Part shown: positions 47,251 to 60,699 of the stretch, in pieces | Numbering within the stretch: position 1 is the stretch's first letter | Layout: the number at the start of each line of letters is the position of its first letter | Assembly (NCBI RefSeq): GCF_009834535.1 | Contig: NC_045724.1 | Location: 17,918,001-17,982,000, forward strand | Source: Camelus ferus | Lineage: Eukaryota | Length of the DNA stretch: 64,000 nt | Direction of reading: 5' to 3' | Made by a program: the position numbers and the translations under genes | The notes under the pieces: model-generated | The model's database searches: none | What the model was told of the DNA's origin: nothing | Seen by the model: the letters and a program-made list of their open reading frames with translations, nothing else

Positions 47251-48139
47251 TCCTTATATGGTCTCTGACACTGTCAGTTTGGGGTCCTGGGATGAAACCT
47301 GATCAGTGGCTGCAACCCCAGTCAAATGGATCTTTTGTGGGGGGTCAGCTGGGGGAGACCGAAAGCCAGATTGATGGGAGGGGCAGGAAGCAGAGGCAAG
47401 CCAGGAGAGGCAAGCACAGAGTTCATCCATTATTGGGTTCCTGGGGGCATGCAAAATAAGAAGGGATGGGATGAGAAATTACCTTGATAACACTCAGTTT
47501 TTAAGGAAATATAAAGAGCCACTTGGAAGAGGCAAAGCTATTATTGGCCGCATTGTCCTTGGCATCACGACATCAGAGAAAAACTCTTCAGATTAATGTG
47601 CTTTTGTGAATCTTGATTTCTTTTGAGGGGAAGGAGAGTGTCAGTGACATTCTGCTAGCTAACGAAAATGCAAATGGGATGACTTCTTCTCCCCCTGCAT
47701 CCTCTGTCAGGCCCCTGACGGATCCTCTCTGCTGTGTTTATTACTACTACTGACTTTCTCGTTATGATTTGGCTCTGAAACATAACCAATGGTTCTGGAG
47801 CAATCCCATTATTTCCCCACATTATTCAATTACAGACCCAAGCTGCTCTTCTGCCTGGGGGGTTGGGGTTGCCTCTTGCTCTCATGCCCAGGCCCTCAGC
47901 TGTGGCCCCGTGGAAGCCGGGAAGATGGGGATGGAGGGTGGCAGCTGTTAGGTGGTCTACACTGGCTCCGGCGGCAGTTCTGTCAAATGCATGGTGTCAG
48001 AGGAACATGGAACCTTCAAGAGCAGCCTTGAAAATAAATATCCAAAGAGTCCTGACTCTTCTCTCACTTTATAGGCCAGACTGTCCTCCTTCCATGACAC
48101 CAGGGGCCTCCTAGGGCATGAGGAGTGTGGCTGAGATGC

Positions 48140-48900
48140 TCACCCTTTGGTGTTGGATGGTCTCCCCAACCCTCTAGTCACACTATTGAGCTCCACCACC
48201 TCAGACACATCGACTCCCAGCCTCTTTTCCTTATGGTGACATTCCCTCCTGAAGACTTTCCTCCTGTCACATCACACACCCCAGCTGGCCCCACTGACGC
48301 CTCTGGATGGAACAGGGTCTGGATGGAACAGGACTATGGATTCATGATGGGTGGTGGACTTCCACGACCCACCGTCTTCCACTCTGCCCTGCCCACAAGA
48401 CTTGAGCTGCAATCCAAATCCTGCAGCGCTGCCCACTCAGTTCCTGTTCCACCACAATCTTCCTCCCATGCTCACTGTGTCATGCCATCACTCCAAAACC
48501 TTTGGAGGCTCACTGTTTACACTGTATGGAAAGCAAATGCTCTGCGTGCCTTTCGAAGCCCTCCAGTCTGTTTCTTTCCACTAGTTCCAGCCCACCCCTC
48601 CATCTTCCCAGAATGTCTTCTGTGACTCAGTCAACCAGCCCCCTCCTCACTAGCCCCAATCAAACCACACTGTCTCCACCTTTGCTCCTCTGCCCACTTC
48701 CTAGAATGTGCCCTCCTCATCACTCCATGTTCACAGAACCTCAAGTCCTCCTTCCACGGAGGCCCTTCTGCCCTGACAGCCCTCAAAGATCTCCCCACTC
48801 TCTGTCTCCCCATCAGTGCCCACAGCCTGCAGCCCACAGAATAACCCTTCCCCTCAGGTCCCCTGTCCCCATGAACTCCTTGTTTTAGGTTCTCCATCCT
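48140..48900 (+). mobile_element. L2 fragment
   Basis: catgccatcactccaaaacctttggagg...gcctttcgaagccctcc...ccacggaggcccttctgccctgac. Confidence 0.7.
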
Positions 48901-51079
48901 GTGATGGGAATGTGTGCTGCCTGAGGGCCGGGACCACACCAAGGCCAAGGAACTTGCCCTTCTGCTGGCCCTCTGACACCCAGCTAGGGTGGAGCCCAGG
49001 GCAGCCAATCCCTTGACACGCAGACTGGGAACTTTAGCTGAGAGAATGTGGCCTTTCCTTGGCAATTCCTGACTTGGGTTGACAATGTCTGTTTCAGTTA
49101 CAGGCACCTTCCAAGGTGTCCAAACTCATGCCACATGCAGAGTTGCCTGGTCAGCACTTCTGGGTGATAACGAAGTGGAGATGTGATGCCACTCTCCTGG
49201 CACATGTCATCACATCTCCAGGGCACAAGGGTGAGGGTGGTCCCTAGCCCTGCCCTGGACTGATTAACCAAGCCCCTGCCTTGGGCGGTCACATCAGGGG
49301 TCATTCTCCTCCAGCTAACCAGTCTCAGGCCGAATGCCACTGGGCGTGGGGAACAGTCAAAACCCTGCTACTAAGCAGATACAGGTCAAACCCTACCCTA
49401 CACAGCTCCACAGCATCAAAGCTCATTATGATGGGTGTTTTCTCATCAATAAAACTTTCATCCTGTTTCTTAAGACCCACTGAATGGCCTCGGCCTGTGG
49501 CAGTTTTCCAGGGCTACTAGGGTGTAAAGCAAAGCCTTCTATGATGCTACGAACCCCAACACGTTTGTGAATCAGGGGTAACTTGAAAAATGAGCAGACT
49601 CGTGGTGCCTGTGGTTATGAAGACCCCTTGCTCCCCCAGAACAAGCCCCAGGAGGAAGGCGGGGCCTGGGCCCTGTGTGTTGGGATCAGAGCTCACTCCT
49701 CTCCCAGCAGAAAGCGACGATCTGATCAGGAATGCAAAGTGGGGATGAAGGAAGACACGGCCCATAATTTACACAATGTCTTTGGGCTTAACCAGAGGTT
49801 ATAAGCACCATCCACCCCGCCCCCAGCCAGTCTGCCCTTCCTTCAGTTCTATTGCTGTCTTTCTCCTGCTCCATAAACCACCATCTCCAAGCTATAAAAA
49901 GTGCAATGAGCAGTCTGGATGGAAGAGATTGGGCATGGAGCAGGCAAGGCAGCCATGCTTCCCTGAAGAGCCTCAGAGGACGTAGGCTGGCAGCAGAGTG
50001 AGCCTGCCCCGAGGGGCCCTCTCCTGGCTGCCCATGCAGGGAGGGGTCAAAGGCATCAGGCCAGGAACTACTGGCTTTCTCAGCTAAAAAAAGACCTCTT
50101 CTCCTGCCTGTCCAAGCTGGCGGGGAGCCTCGAGGATCCTGGAGTTTAGAGCAAAAGCGAATCCTGTAAGTCCCCAAGCCTCACTCCTTGGTCCCAAGCA
50201 AAGTAGCCTGTGGCAGTGTCTGTACCTGCCCTACCCTTGGTGTCCCGTGTAGGTGGCAATCACCCTCAGAAAAGAGCCAATGGGCATGGAAGTCAGGACA
50301 GGGGAAAGACCCTCCAAAGGCCCCTGGAAAATAAGCCCCACATTTCAGGTAACCTGGCCTGACCATCCAATGAATTTAACTACTGGTTTTAATGTGGATG
50401 GTGGTGGTGGTGGCAAGATGTGGAGGGAAATGGAGATGGGTACACTTGTCACGCTGGCAGGAGCGGGACTAGGGGATCCCAGGACGATGGGGAGTGATAC
50501 TGGGCAGACTGATGGTTCTTTAGTGGTTGGAAGGGGCAGCCAGTCCTTCCAGATAAGGAAGTGGCAGGAAAAACTGTGAAGAAATCAGGACAGATGTCCC
50601 TTGGTTGAGTCGAGGGGGGCCTGTTCTGTGGGTTAGTTTGTGAGCCAGCATGACCCAGATTCAGCCTGAGATGATGGACACTCGCCCCCAAATCTTACGA
50701 ATCTGGGGTGTGCTGGAGATGTGCCTGCCACTCGGAAGGAACCAGTGGGATGTGGGGACAATCACATATCTGGGTGGGGATGAGATCAGGCATTTGGAGT
50801 GAAGGGACGCATCAGCGCCTCGGGGGACAGCCTGACACACTTAGGAAAGGCATCGGAAAACATTGGGCTGTTTATCATAAAATCAGTAAAGAAAATAGAA
50901 TGGTTAAAATTCAGAGCCTGGCTAGGAATGAGGTGACAGGGGGACAGTGGGAGCCTTAAAGGAGATGCTTTCTGAAACCTCAGGAAAACATAATGCAAGG
51001 AAATGAGAAGTGGGACAAGATGCCTTTTCTAAAACAGGGAGTTATAGATTTAGACAGTTTGTGACGATAATGGGGTGGG

Positions 51080-51625
51080 GGCAGAGGATATTTGCACACC
51101 TCTCTCTGCCACCCCCATCCATCCTTTCTGCAGCAACCAGAGACCCTTTTCAAAATCTCAGCTATGACTGCATCCTTCCCTGGCCCCAAAGCCCTCCACC
51201 TTCCTCCACTGCCTAAGAGGGGAAAAATCCAAATTATTGAATGGAGAATCTCGGGTCCTTTATATTGTGGCTCTAATCAACCACAGTTTTTTATCTTATG
51301 GCCCCTGGGCCTGTTCCAGCAAGTCTTCTTGGTGCTCCCCAAGCACACCTGGCCCTTTCCAGCCTCCACACCTTCCCCATCCTCATGCGGACCTCCTGCT
51401 GGGCTGCCCTTCCCTTCATTTCTGCCCACTCAGCAGGGAGACAAGGCTGCCTCCCGCACCAAGTGCCTTTCAGCCTCCACCCCAGTGGGTGTTTGCATGG
51501 ATTTCTGTGTGTCTCTCTCATTAGACTAGAGGCTCCTGCAGGACAGGGCTGTGTGGCATTTGTGTGCCTTACCTCTTCCAGGAGCCAAGTATTTGTTAGA
51601 CTGATTACCCATAAAATTGGAGGCT
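51080..51625 (+). mobile_element. L2 fragment
   Basis: cagcaaccagagacccttttcaaaatctcag...ttagactagaggctcctgcaggacagggctgtgt. Confidence 0.7.
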
Positions 51626-51629
51626 AAAT

Positions 51630-51830
51630 ACTAGCTGGCAGAGCCTAACCCTGTGAGGTAGGCAAGGAGGTAGTAATAGCCTTACTGTGCCAGTGAGGAA
51701 GCAGAAGTCCAATAGGAAAGGACACCTGAAGTCTCCTGACGGGCAGCAGAGACAGAACTAGAGTAAGGGGGTCCTTGCAGTTCTGGAGCTGAGCACACTG
51801 CATCTCTGCCCATTCATTCATTTGCAAACT
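51630..51830 (-). mobile_element. MIR SINE plus L2 tail remnant
   Basis: aaccctgtgaggtagg...gaggaagcagaagtccaataggaaag; cattcattcattt. Confidence 0.5.
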
Positions 51831-52176
51831 CCCAGACTGTCATCTCTGAGTCAGGCAGTACCAGAGATCCACGCTCTACAGGCAGGAGATGTTGGAACAT
51901 CAGGGGAGTGTCACACGCCACAGTGCTGGCTACAGTGCTGGGCGCTATAGACAGTCAAAAACACTTGCGTTGATCAAACTCAACACTATTCATCTGAAAG
52001 TGCCAGGGCTTCATGTCAGGAAATCTCAAGGGTGGGGATTCAAAAGGCCAGGCTGTCTGGGTCTCAGTTTAGTCCAGCGTGTTCCAAGTGGAGGGCCCCC
52101 TGGCAGAGCTATACTCAGGGGCTGTGCCAGCTGTGGCCCCCCAGCCTCCAGATTCAGAAGGCTAAGGGTTAAGCCT

Positions 52177-52236
52177 CCTCAAGTTCTACCCCCTTCACCG
52201 TCCCTGTCCCTCAAGTTCCACCCCCTCCACCGTCCA
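52177..52236 (+). repeat. 32-bp-period tandem duplication
   Basis: CCTCAAGTTCTACCCCCTTCACCGTCC (52177) vs CCTCAAGTTCCACCCCCTCCACCGTCC (52209): 25/27 identical. Confidence 0.85.
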
Positions 52237-53749
52237 CCCTCAGTCCCCCTGAAGGAGGACCTGCCATTACCCTGATTGGACTCTCCAAGATAATCGTGGG
52301 GCCTCAGATCCCAGCTGCTCTGGTCTGCTCTCCCCTTCTGCTGCAGCCGGGAGGCTGGCAGGAGAGCAGCCTCGGTGAGAGGCAGATGGGGCTGTAATGA
52401 ACTGAAGATGTGTGACAGCTACAGAGGAACAAGTTCATCAATTAGAGCTTCCTGCCTGAGGACTTCTGGGAAGGGCTGTCGTGGGGGAGGGCTGGAGACG
52501 ACTGGCTTCTCTCCACAAGGTCCTGAAGCCCCAATTACCCAGGCCCCAGGCGGGGTCTCAGCCCCAACTCCCAAGAGGCTTCTTTTGCCTTTTGCTGTGA
52601 GTATCAGGGGCCTCGGAGGGATTCCCCCTTTCTGGAGGGGCTTGCTAGCAGTTTCACTGAGGACTTCAGTGTCTTCTGAACATGAGGGAAAAATATTCAG
52701 TCTAGTCTCAAACTCTTTAAATCCTTAGAAAATTGAACTTGGGAGTAGAATGTAAAAATTAACACTGCTGTTCCCTTCTCTGGCTCTGACCTGCACCCTC
52801 AGAGGCCAAGAGACGAGGAACGCCTTGGTCCGAAGGGGCTGTTGCTGAGGTACCACACTAATGCTGAAGCAGACCAAGTACAGGAGTTTAAAAATGTCAG
52901 CACTTCCTGCCTGCAAAGAAGTGCCAAATGTGGGTGTTGTCCATGGCTAGGAGGGTCAGAGCACTGACAGCCTTTGGAGGGTCCCTGGTCCTCAGGCCGC
53001 TACCCCAACCCAGCCTGGCTTTGCCCCTAGGGCTGAGCCATGCCCACATTCCCAAGGACGGGGTCCTGGCCTATTTCCCAGGGAGGAGGGCTGAGGAGCA
53101 CAGAGCAGGCACCTCTGGTGAGATGAGCATGGTCACTATTTGTGCAGGCGAAGACTACGGTGACTAACTCAAGTGAATCTCAATTTCATACACTTTAAAA
53201 TGAGGGGCAAATGGGCATCTTAGAATGGAAGAAATGGAATATTTTTGGAGATGTGTTAGTCAATGGAGTCTGGGAACCCCCAAGAAAGTGGCTGCAGAAT
53301 CCTGAACAGGGGACATTGGGCTTATGACCTCCAGGGGCGCAGAGGTACTGACCATTTGCCCTGGCCAACAGCTAGAGGAGATGAAGTTCTAGGGTCCACA
53401 GCTGGGGGAGTCCCGGGAAGAAGGGGTTACTCTGAGGCCCCCTTGTTCCTTACAAGCCCTTACAAGCCGGTCACATGCTGGTGCTAATGGGCTGAGGCTG
53501 AGGCAGTGGGTTCAAACCCCTGGCAGCCTCTCCCCCAGCCCGCTGTGGCTACATACACTATCAGAGGCTTACCCTAACTCCAGCCAGCAAACCTGGATCT
53601 ACGCAGTGCAAGTGGAGGCCAGTATATTCTAGCTCAACATAGAAATACTTTTCTTACACTTCAGAGATGGCTGAACTTATCCTGGATGACCCTAGGGAGC
53701 TGAGAGCTCCCTGTCACAGGAAAGTGTTCAAAAAGAGCACTTTGTTTGT

Positions 53750-53945
53750 CATGAATATTGTGGTGTCAGCTAGCAAGCTGTGTGACCTCTTGCAGTCACT
53801 TAACATCTCTGGGTCTCTGCTTCCTCATCTGCATATTGGGAAGCGTGAACACACCTTTCTCCAAGGTGGTCTAAGAATGAACTGATGCTGAGAAAGGGCT
53901 CAGCACAGTTCCTGGCACACAGGATGTGTTTGGTAAACATTAACT
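53750..53945 (+). mobile_element. MIR SINE
   Basis: agctgtgtgacctcttgcagtcacttaacatctctgggtctctgcttcctcatctg...cacagttcctggcacacagg. Confidence 0.85.
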
Positions 53946-54666
53946 GTGCAGATTACTCTATCCACTGGTGGGACAGAGAGGTGGGAAAAAATTAGCTTTC
54001 AGACTCCTCCCTCTTGTGATTGTCAAGGAGGGCTGAGAATGCAACCCTAATGGGGGTGTGAGATGAGAGCTGGTCAGGAAGGTAGGTGCTTGGGAAGGAT
54101 GGAGAAAGAGAAGAGGTGACCCACCTGCAAGACCACCAGCGACCCTGGCTCCCACACCTGCCCACTGACGACACACCAACCAGGCAAGAAGAATGACAAC
54201 GCCATCTACTGCAGTCCTGGGCACAGCAAATGCTGAGGGGTGGGGGGAGTCAGGGCTGAAGCAGAATCGGGAGAGGGGCTTCAGGTGGGTGGGGCATGGG
54301 AAATGGGCATGGCAGCCTGCAGAGGCCTGTCCTGTGACTGTGGCTTGGCCCCACCCAGTCAGCATGTGAGAAGGAAGCCTGTACGGTGGTGGTGCGGCAG
54401 TGCTGGGAGCTGGCAGGGCAGACCTGGGGAGGGCTGGGCCTCTCTCCCCTCAATGGGCCTGGCACACAGGCCCAGAAGTCCCCAAGGAGGGCTTGCTAGA
54501 TGCCAGTGGACTCCTGTGCAGGGGCAGCCTGGCTGAGAGAGATAAGCCGCAGCAACCCAGCACAAGCCCTGGCTCCTCCGAGCTGCAGGAGCACATACTA
54601 ATGGGACCCATTCAACTCAGCTCGCATGGCAATTAATAACAGGCCAGGCAGAGAGACTGAGTTGTT

Positions 54667-54738
54667 TGTGTGTGTATGAGTGTGTGTGTGTATGAGTGTG
54701 TGTGTGTGTCTGTGTGTGTATGTCTGTGTTTGTGTATG
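54667..54738 (+). repeat. Interrupted (TG)n microsatellite
   Basis: tgtgtgtgtatgagtgtgtgtgtgtatgagtgtgtgtgtgtgtctg..., read directly. Confidence 0.95.
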
Positions 54739-55429
54739 CTGGGGCGGGGTGTGTAGGCCGGGGTGGGGTGGGGCTAAGTATCTTTCCTCAAGGATAATCC
54801 CTCTGGCAGCAGACCTGGACCCCACCACTAGTTAGGAGAGAGGGGCTGTCCTCTCCTAATCCTTCCAGCTGAACTCTGTGGGCAGGGAGGGAGCAGGAGG
54901 CAGGAAAGGACCTGTTTCTTAGGCTTCTGGGGCTCAGGAAGCCCAGAGTATTCTCCTCCCACCCAGGTGGGGCTGGAGTGACTGAAGGGAGAAACTGACT
55001 TTTGACATGTCAGCCTGATGCACTCTATTCTCCCTCTCAGACCTCCATACTCTGCAGGAGAAGCTGCAAGATTGGGCAGTGTGAGGGAGGGGCCATGAGG
55101 AGATGCAGAAGCAGGAACAGACTGACAGCTTGGAGTTTGGGGACAAGCCTGTACAGTGCCCATGTGCAAAATTAGAAAAAGATGTCTCCTCAGAGTGGAC
55201 CCTGCCCTGTGAGTATACAGCTTGGTGAGCAAACCAGGCCACTGTGCCAAGAAAAACATGCTTCATGAGCAGCATTGGGCTACTTGTTCAGTGCCCTACC
55301 TGCACAACCACAGAGGGCGGCGCTGCTTAGAAACTGGCTATGGTCCAACAGGTATCTCCCCACACCTGGACCCTGTGCTGAGACTCTGGGTCACTCTTTC
55401 TTGGCCCTTGGCCTTTACTGCTTCCTAGA

Positions 55430-55608
55430 ACTTTCCTCCTTAAAGTGAGGTGGGAGGACCAGCAGCGTCAGCAGTCCCTGGGAGCTTGGTAGAAACACAG
55501 TCTCAGGCCGCATCCAAGACCTACTGAATCAGGATCAGACCCCGATCAAGAACAAGATCTTCAGCTGATTCAAATGTGCCTTAAAATGGCTTAGAAAACA
55601 CTGGGGTT
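55430..55608. mobile_element. MER5A-like MITE
   Basis: ttaaagtgaggtgggaggaccagcagcgtcagcagtccctgggagcttggtagaaac...cctactgaatcag...aaacactg. Confidence 0.75.
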
Positions 55609-57459
55609 GTCCAAACACTGACAGAGGTAGAGTGGAACATGGAGGGGGCAGTCAGAAAGCAAAGAAAGAGACCCTCTACAGAGTAGGGGCAGGAGAAGGC
55701 AGAGCAGTGAGGAGGGGTAGAGGATGGAGGCAAACATCTGTTCCAGCACACTAAGGACCTTGGCTATCTGTTCCAAGTGGGTAGACGCCCAGCCTGGCAG
55801 CTCAGAGTCCCAGGGGAGCACGCTTCAGGGCAGCCTGGGTCCCTGGGGTGGGGAACGAGGGTTCTGGGGGCCTGATTCCACTCTATCCATCACCCCGCAT
55901 CTCTGCACAGACCTTTCATCAGGATTCCCAGGCTGGAGTGCGCAAGCTTGCGCGCCTCAATCACTCCTATCACACTGGTTGCAGGAAGAGAATAGCTTTC
56001 AGCTCAATTACCCTTCACATTCCAATATCATAATGCTCCGATGTAGCTTTTTAACCAAAAACAAAAAAGCCATGTCTGCCGCAGGCCAGCTGCAAGGCCA
56101 GCCGTGCAGAAGGGACAGGCCTGTCTGCCTAACAGCCCTCAGGTGAGACTCTGGGAAGGGACCCATCCCGGGGCACCAGCTCCACAGAGAGCGCACTGGG
56201 GTCCAGGGCCTCAGTTTGCCGACACCTGCCCTGCCTCTGCTCATCAACTATTGGGACTGAACAACTAAGCCTTGGGGAGAGAGAACACCGAGGCTCACGT
56301 CCAGAGAGGCAGCAGGGAGTGACAGACTCCAAATGGTCTTCGCTATCACAACACTTGCCCTGCTTTCTCCTTCTAAGGGCAGGAATGCCCCCCAGACCCC
56401 TCTTAGTGCCATGACGTGATGGCCTAATTCAGCTGGGCCACCACCTGGGGAACTGGGGTCTTGGTCTACATGTCATTTCACACCCATTGGCTCATCTGCA
56501 TCTTATAAAGTTGACTAGTTAGGGAGCTAGTTACAGCTAAGGGTATTCACCCCACTGCACAGATGGGTAAACTGAGGCCTGGAGCGATGGAAGGAGAGGC
56601 CCAAAGACATAAGGAAGAATCTCAGCCTGTTGTTCCTTTAAGATCCGCTGCTGCCATAGCAGGTGGGGGGTGGGGGTGAGGTCTGCAGTCCAAAGAATCT
56701 AGGCAGAAACAAACATATCTCTACTCTCCTACATATGAAGTGACTGTCCGCATCTGAAAACTGTTCTCATGGGGAGGCAAACCAAGTGCCTATACCGTGA
56801 ATCCCACATGCTTGGTGAATTCCCAGTGAGCACACATGTTCCATCCATGTTCCCATCCCATGTCACACCTTGGAGGGCTCCAGAACAGTGCCCACAAAAG
56901 AGGCTGGACCGCCCTCTCCCAATCAGCTGTGCTTTCCTCTGCCTGGCCAGCTCAGTGCTAATGGCCTTGATGGCAGTGTCCCCTCCCTGTGTCCTCCTGG
57001 CCTCCTGCTGGCTGTGGCCGATTTGCTCATGATTTACCGCTCTGGGGCACTGACCCGTGAGGGAGACACATGGGACAGAAGGAGGCAGGGCAGACGTCAC
57101 GCCTGAGGTGTGTGCATGCGTGCGTGTCCTGGTGCAGGGGTGGGAAGGTGGCTCTCCAGGAACGCGCTGCCCAGCCGGGTTCTCTAGGACTGAGAGCCGG
57201 GTCTGGCATTCCCACCCTCGCTGCCCCATGCTGCCCATGGCACTGGGTACTGTGCAGGAGATAGGAGGATAAGGGGAGACCTCAAGAGGGATGCAAGGAG
57301 CCACAGCCTGCCAGTCCTGCCCTAAGGAGCCTAGCACCCCCCCTCACAATGGTCTGCCACCTGCTGGGTCCTCTGAGTATCCAGGGCACGTTCACTGGAT
57401 GTGCAAGACACGACCACCTCCATGCCCTGCCCCCACCCCACTGTCAACAGAGGTGCAGC

Positions 57460-57660
57460 ACAGCGTGGGGGCCCTGGAGGTGTGCCGACTCAGTTCACAT
57501 CCCAGCTCAGCAACTGACTTAATCTCTGAGCCTCAGGTTTCCCACCTTAAAAGTGGGGGTAATCCCAGTACCTGTCCCACAGCTAGGCTATAAAAAGTAC
57601 CAAGTGAATGCATGTACAGTCTCCATTATTATTGCTGTTGTTGTTATTCAGTGCTTTCCT
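57460..57660 (+). mobile_element. MIR SINE
   Basis: cacatcccagctcagc...ttaatctctgagcctcaggtttcccaccttaaaagtgggg. Confidence 0.75.
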
Positions 57661-58724
57661 TATGCCCAGTACCCCCGGGCCAAAACCCAAGCCAGTTCCT
57701 CCCTCCCCAGCCCAGACTGAGAGCAGCGGCGGCAGGTGACCCAGGCTGCTGCAGGACGGAGTGGTGGAAGGGCAGGACAGAGCAGAGAGAACCAATTTGC
57801 CAAGCTCATTTAGAGCTCATTTGTCCATTTCTGCTGCCTGGAGGGAGACGTGCTTGATATCCATTCATGTTACAAGGGGCTTGGGGGCCAGGACAGGGTG
57901 GGTGGGTGGCAGGGCCCAGGTTCCCTGCAGCACTAAAGCCAGGTTGGGTGAACTGCTCTCCTCTACCCAAACAACCCAGAGAGAGCCAGGCTTTGGGTGG
58001 TGGCTTTTTGAGCTCTCATCCTGTTTTAAAGGTGCCACTGTGGGTAAGCAGGGCCCAGCTGGGATCTCCTGGGGGCCAGGGACCATGTCCCAATCCCCTT
58101 GTGTCCTGAGGACCCAGCATGGACTTGGCATCCATCAGGAATCCAGGAGACATTTGAAGAATGAGTGAATAAATGAATGAGGCACAAAGAACCAACACTT
58201 TTGCATCCCATTACTACTCTGAGAGTTAGACCTCTCTCTCAGGCTTATTGGTGCCAAGAGGTCAAGTTTTCCAGGAGGGTCTCCAGCACTCAGGCACCTG
58301 CTAAGCCTCCTCCCTGCAATGGGGGGTGGGGGGTGGTTCTTTCCTGGGGTCCCAGCAGCATGGTGGCCAGTTCTTAGATGTAGTACCTTTCAACACCATC
58401 CCGAATCCCTTCATCTACAAGCTTTCCCTCTCTCTACACCCACTGTATGGGCTCTTAGGCTCCTGCCTCACCCCTCCTGGTTTCTACAAGGCCCCTTCCC
58501 AGCCAGCGGCCCTCCCAGCTCTGGGCACCCCCGCCTCACAGCTGACCCTCATGGATCATCCCCAACAACCACCAGCCTCACACCTATGTCCAGACAACCC
58601 ACCTTCGGGTACACGAATCCTCCTGCCTGAAGGGCCCCAAAGAAGCAAGTAAACTAGAGTTTGGGGGTGCTGAAGAGGTGCACTGTAGCATGCATCCCCT
58701 ACTGCTCTGCCTTCAAAGCACCAG

Positions 58725-59212
58725 TGTGTCAGTTTCCTAACACTGCTGTAACAAAGTCCCATGAACTTAGTGGCTTAAAACAATACAAGTTCATCACCTT
58801 ACAGTTCTTCAGGCCAGAAGTCCAAAATGGGTCTTCCTGGACTAAAAGCAAGGGGCTAACAGGCCTGTATTTCTTCTGAAGGCTCAGGGGAGAATCTGCT
58901 TCCATGCCTTTTCCAGTTTCTAGAGGCCACACTCATTCCTGGACTCATGGCCTCTTCTTCCATGGTCAGACCAGTAGCATAACACTTTCAGATCTCTCTC
59001 TCTGACCTCTGCTTCCATTGTCACATCCCCTTCTCTGACTCTCCTACCTCCGTTTTATAAGGACCCACACAGATAATAAGCCAGATATCTCCCCACAAAG
59101 GCGCATAACTTAATCACATCAGCAAAGTTTCTTTTGCCACATAAGGTAACATAGTCCCAGGTTCCTGCCATTAGGGTGTGGACATCTTTGGGGATACTCT
59201 TCTGCCTGCCAT
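58725..59212 (-). mobile_element. MLT1C/D-type ERVL-MaLR solo LTR (about 488 bp)
   Basis: tgtgtcagtttcct...gctgtaacaaag...cttagtggcttaaaacaa...cttacagttc...aatcacatcagcaaagtttcttttgccacataaggtaacatag...ctgcctgccata. Confidence 0.92.
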
Positions 59213-59579
59213 ATCCCAGCCCCATTAGATGACACCCTTTCTTCCAATATTCCTGAGTGAGGCACCTTCATTTCCCACTGGCTGCCTGCATCTCTGATGA
59301 AACCAGGCTCAACCCTTCTCCGAAGGCCTTGGTGGGGAACTTGCCAGCACTTCTGCGCTGCCTTAAGCATCCAGCCTTGGGAACAGAGCACACCAGGAAT
59401 GGTTAATGGAAGTCAGGAGTTCATGAAAAGGGGGAGGGAACAGCCATGCAAAGACCCTGTGGCACAGTGCCCTCAGGGACGGGAAAAGAGGCAGAGGAGC
59501 TAGAGGCACAGGAAAACACAGAGTAAAGGGGAGGTGGAGAGGGGGCTGGGCAGACCCTGCCAGCCTGTGGGACTCTGGT

Positions 59580-59690
59580 CACCATTGTCAGAACACCATG
59601 GAGAAGTTTTAGCAACGTCCCTTGCACATCACAGGGACACCGTATAGTTGAATGAATGGTTGGGTGGAAGAATGAATGAATGAGCTCCTC
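59580..59690 (+). mobile_element. L2 3' end
   Basis: gcacatcacagggacaccgtatagttgaatgaatgg...gaatgaatgaatga. Confidence 0.6.
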
Positions 59691-60359
59691 ACCAGTGACC
59701 TGCCCAATCCCTCCCTTCTGCACAGCAACAGTTAACAGGATCTCTGAGGCTTGCTCACTTATTTATTTATTTCCCCACGGCTGCTGCCACCGACCCATGC
59801 AGCCCGAGCGTGGCTCCGTGGAAATGTCTGTAATCGCCAGCACACTTTAGGCATTACTCCCACACCATTTAGGGCTTTTCGCCCCAATAGCTGCTGGTGC
59901 ATTTCCCTCCATCTCCATCTTTTGGGCTGTGTTGGGTGGTTTTGTTGTTGTTGTTTTTTAAGGTCTGAGGCCCCTGAGTTTGGGGGATCTGGTGGTTTGG
60001 GGAGATGAAAGAAACAGTATTATTCTTCCCCCATTGCCCTGGTCCTGCCCCAGTGCTGAACAGAAAAGCGAAAGGGGGAACCAACAGCAATCACTTCAAG
60101 CTGCTAAGAAGCCTTTAAAAATTTTTGTGTTTTCTTGTGCAGGCTTAAGATTAGGTTGCTGATAGGAGCTGCAGCTTAGTGGAAGGCTGAAGGGCCGGAA
60201 GGCAATAAAGGTCACTTCGGGAGAATCTCTCTCCTAACCAAACACTTCCCCCTTTCACTTTCTCCAGACTCAAGGCTAGCCTCCAGGAAGCACTGCGAGT
60301 GGATACTCTGGGGGTAAAACACATTTGGACTCACTCTGGGGACAGTACAAAGAGGACAA

Positions 60360-60495
60360 AATCCAGGACTAGCTGTGTGGCCTTGGGCAAATCACTTAAC
60401 CTCTCTGGGCCCATTTCTCCAGCTATAATATGAAGACAATCATACCTTTCTTACCAACATGAAGGACTTTTATGAGGATCGAAGAAGACCTCATA
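60360..60495 (+). mobile_element. MIR SINE
   Basis: actagctgtgtggccttgggcaaatcacttaacctctctgggc, near-consensus. Confidence 0.9.
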
Positions 60496-60699
60496 GAAAG
60501 GGCCCTCCTCCTTTTTTCCCTTTCCCTTCCTGTCAACCTGAGTTTCAGCCACTCCATTTAGTTCCCCGTGCAGCTTCCTGTCCCAGCACCCGGGCAGCTC
60601 CATCTCCACCTGCAGAGATGACCCCTGACCAGGGAGGGACTACCCTGAGTTGAGACCCACAGGGAATAATCCTTCCAGCCTTGCTGTGTGCGGGGTGTC

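Noticed and set aside
53600-53700. Possible L3/CR1 remnant
   Set aside because: Similarity too weak to support by eye.
56729-57337. Long ORFs such as this 202-aa one and the 213-aa ORF at 3358-3999
   Set aside because: Biased composition, no homology that I recognise, non-ATG or weak starts.
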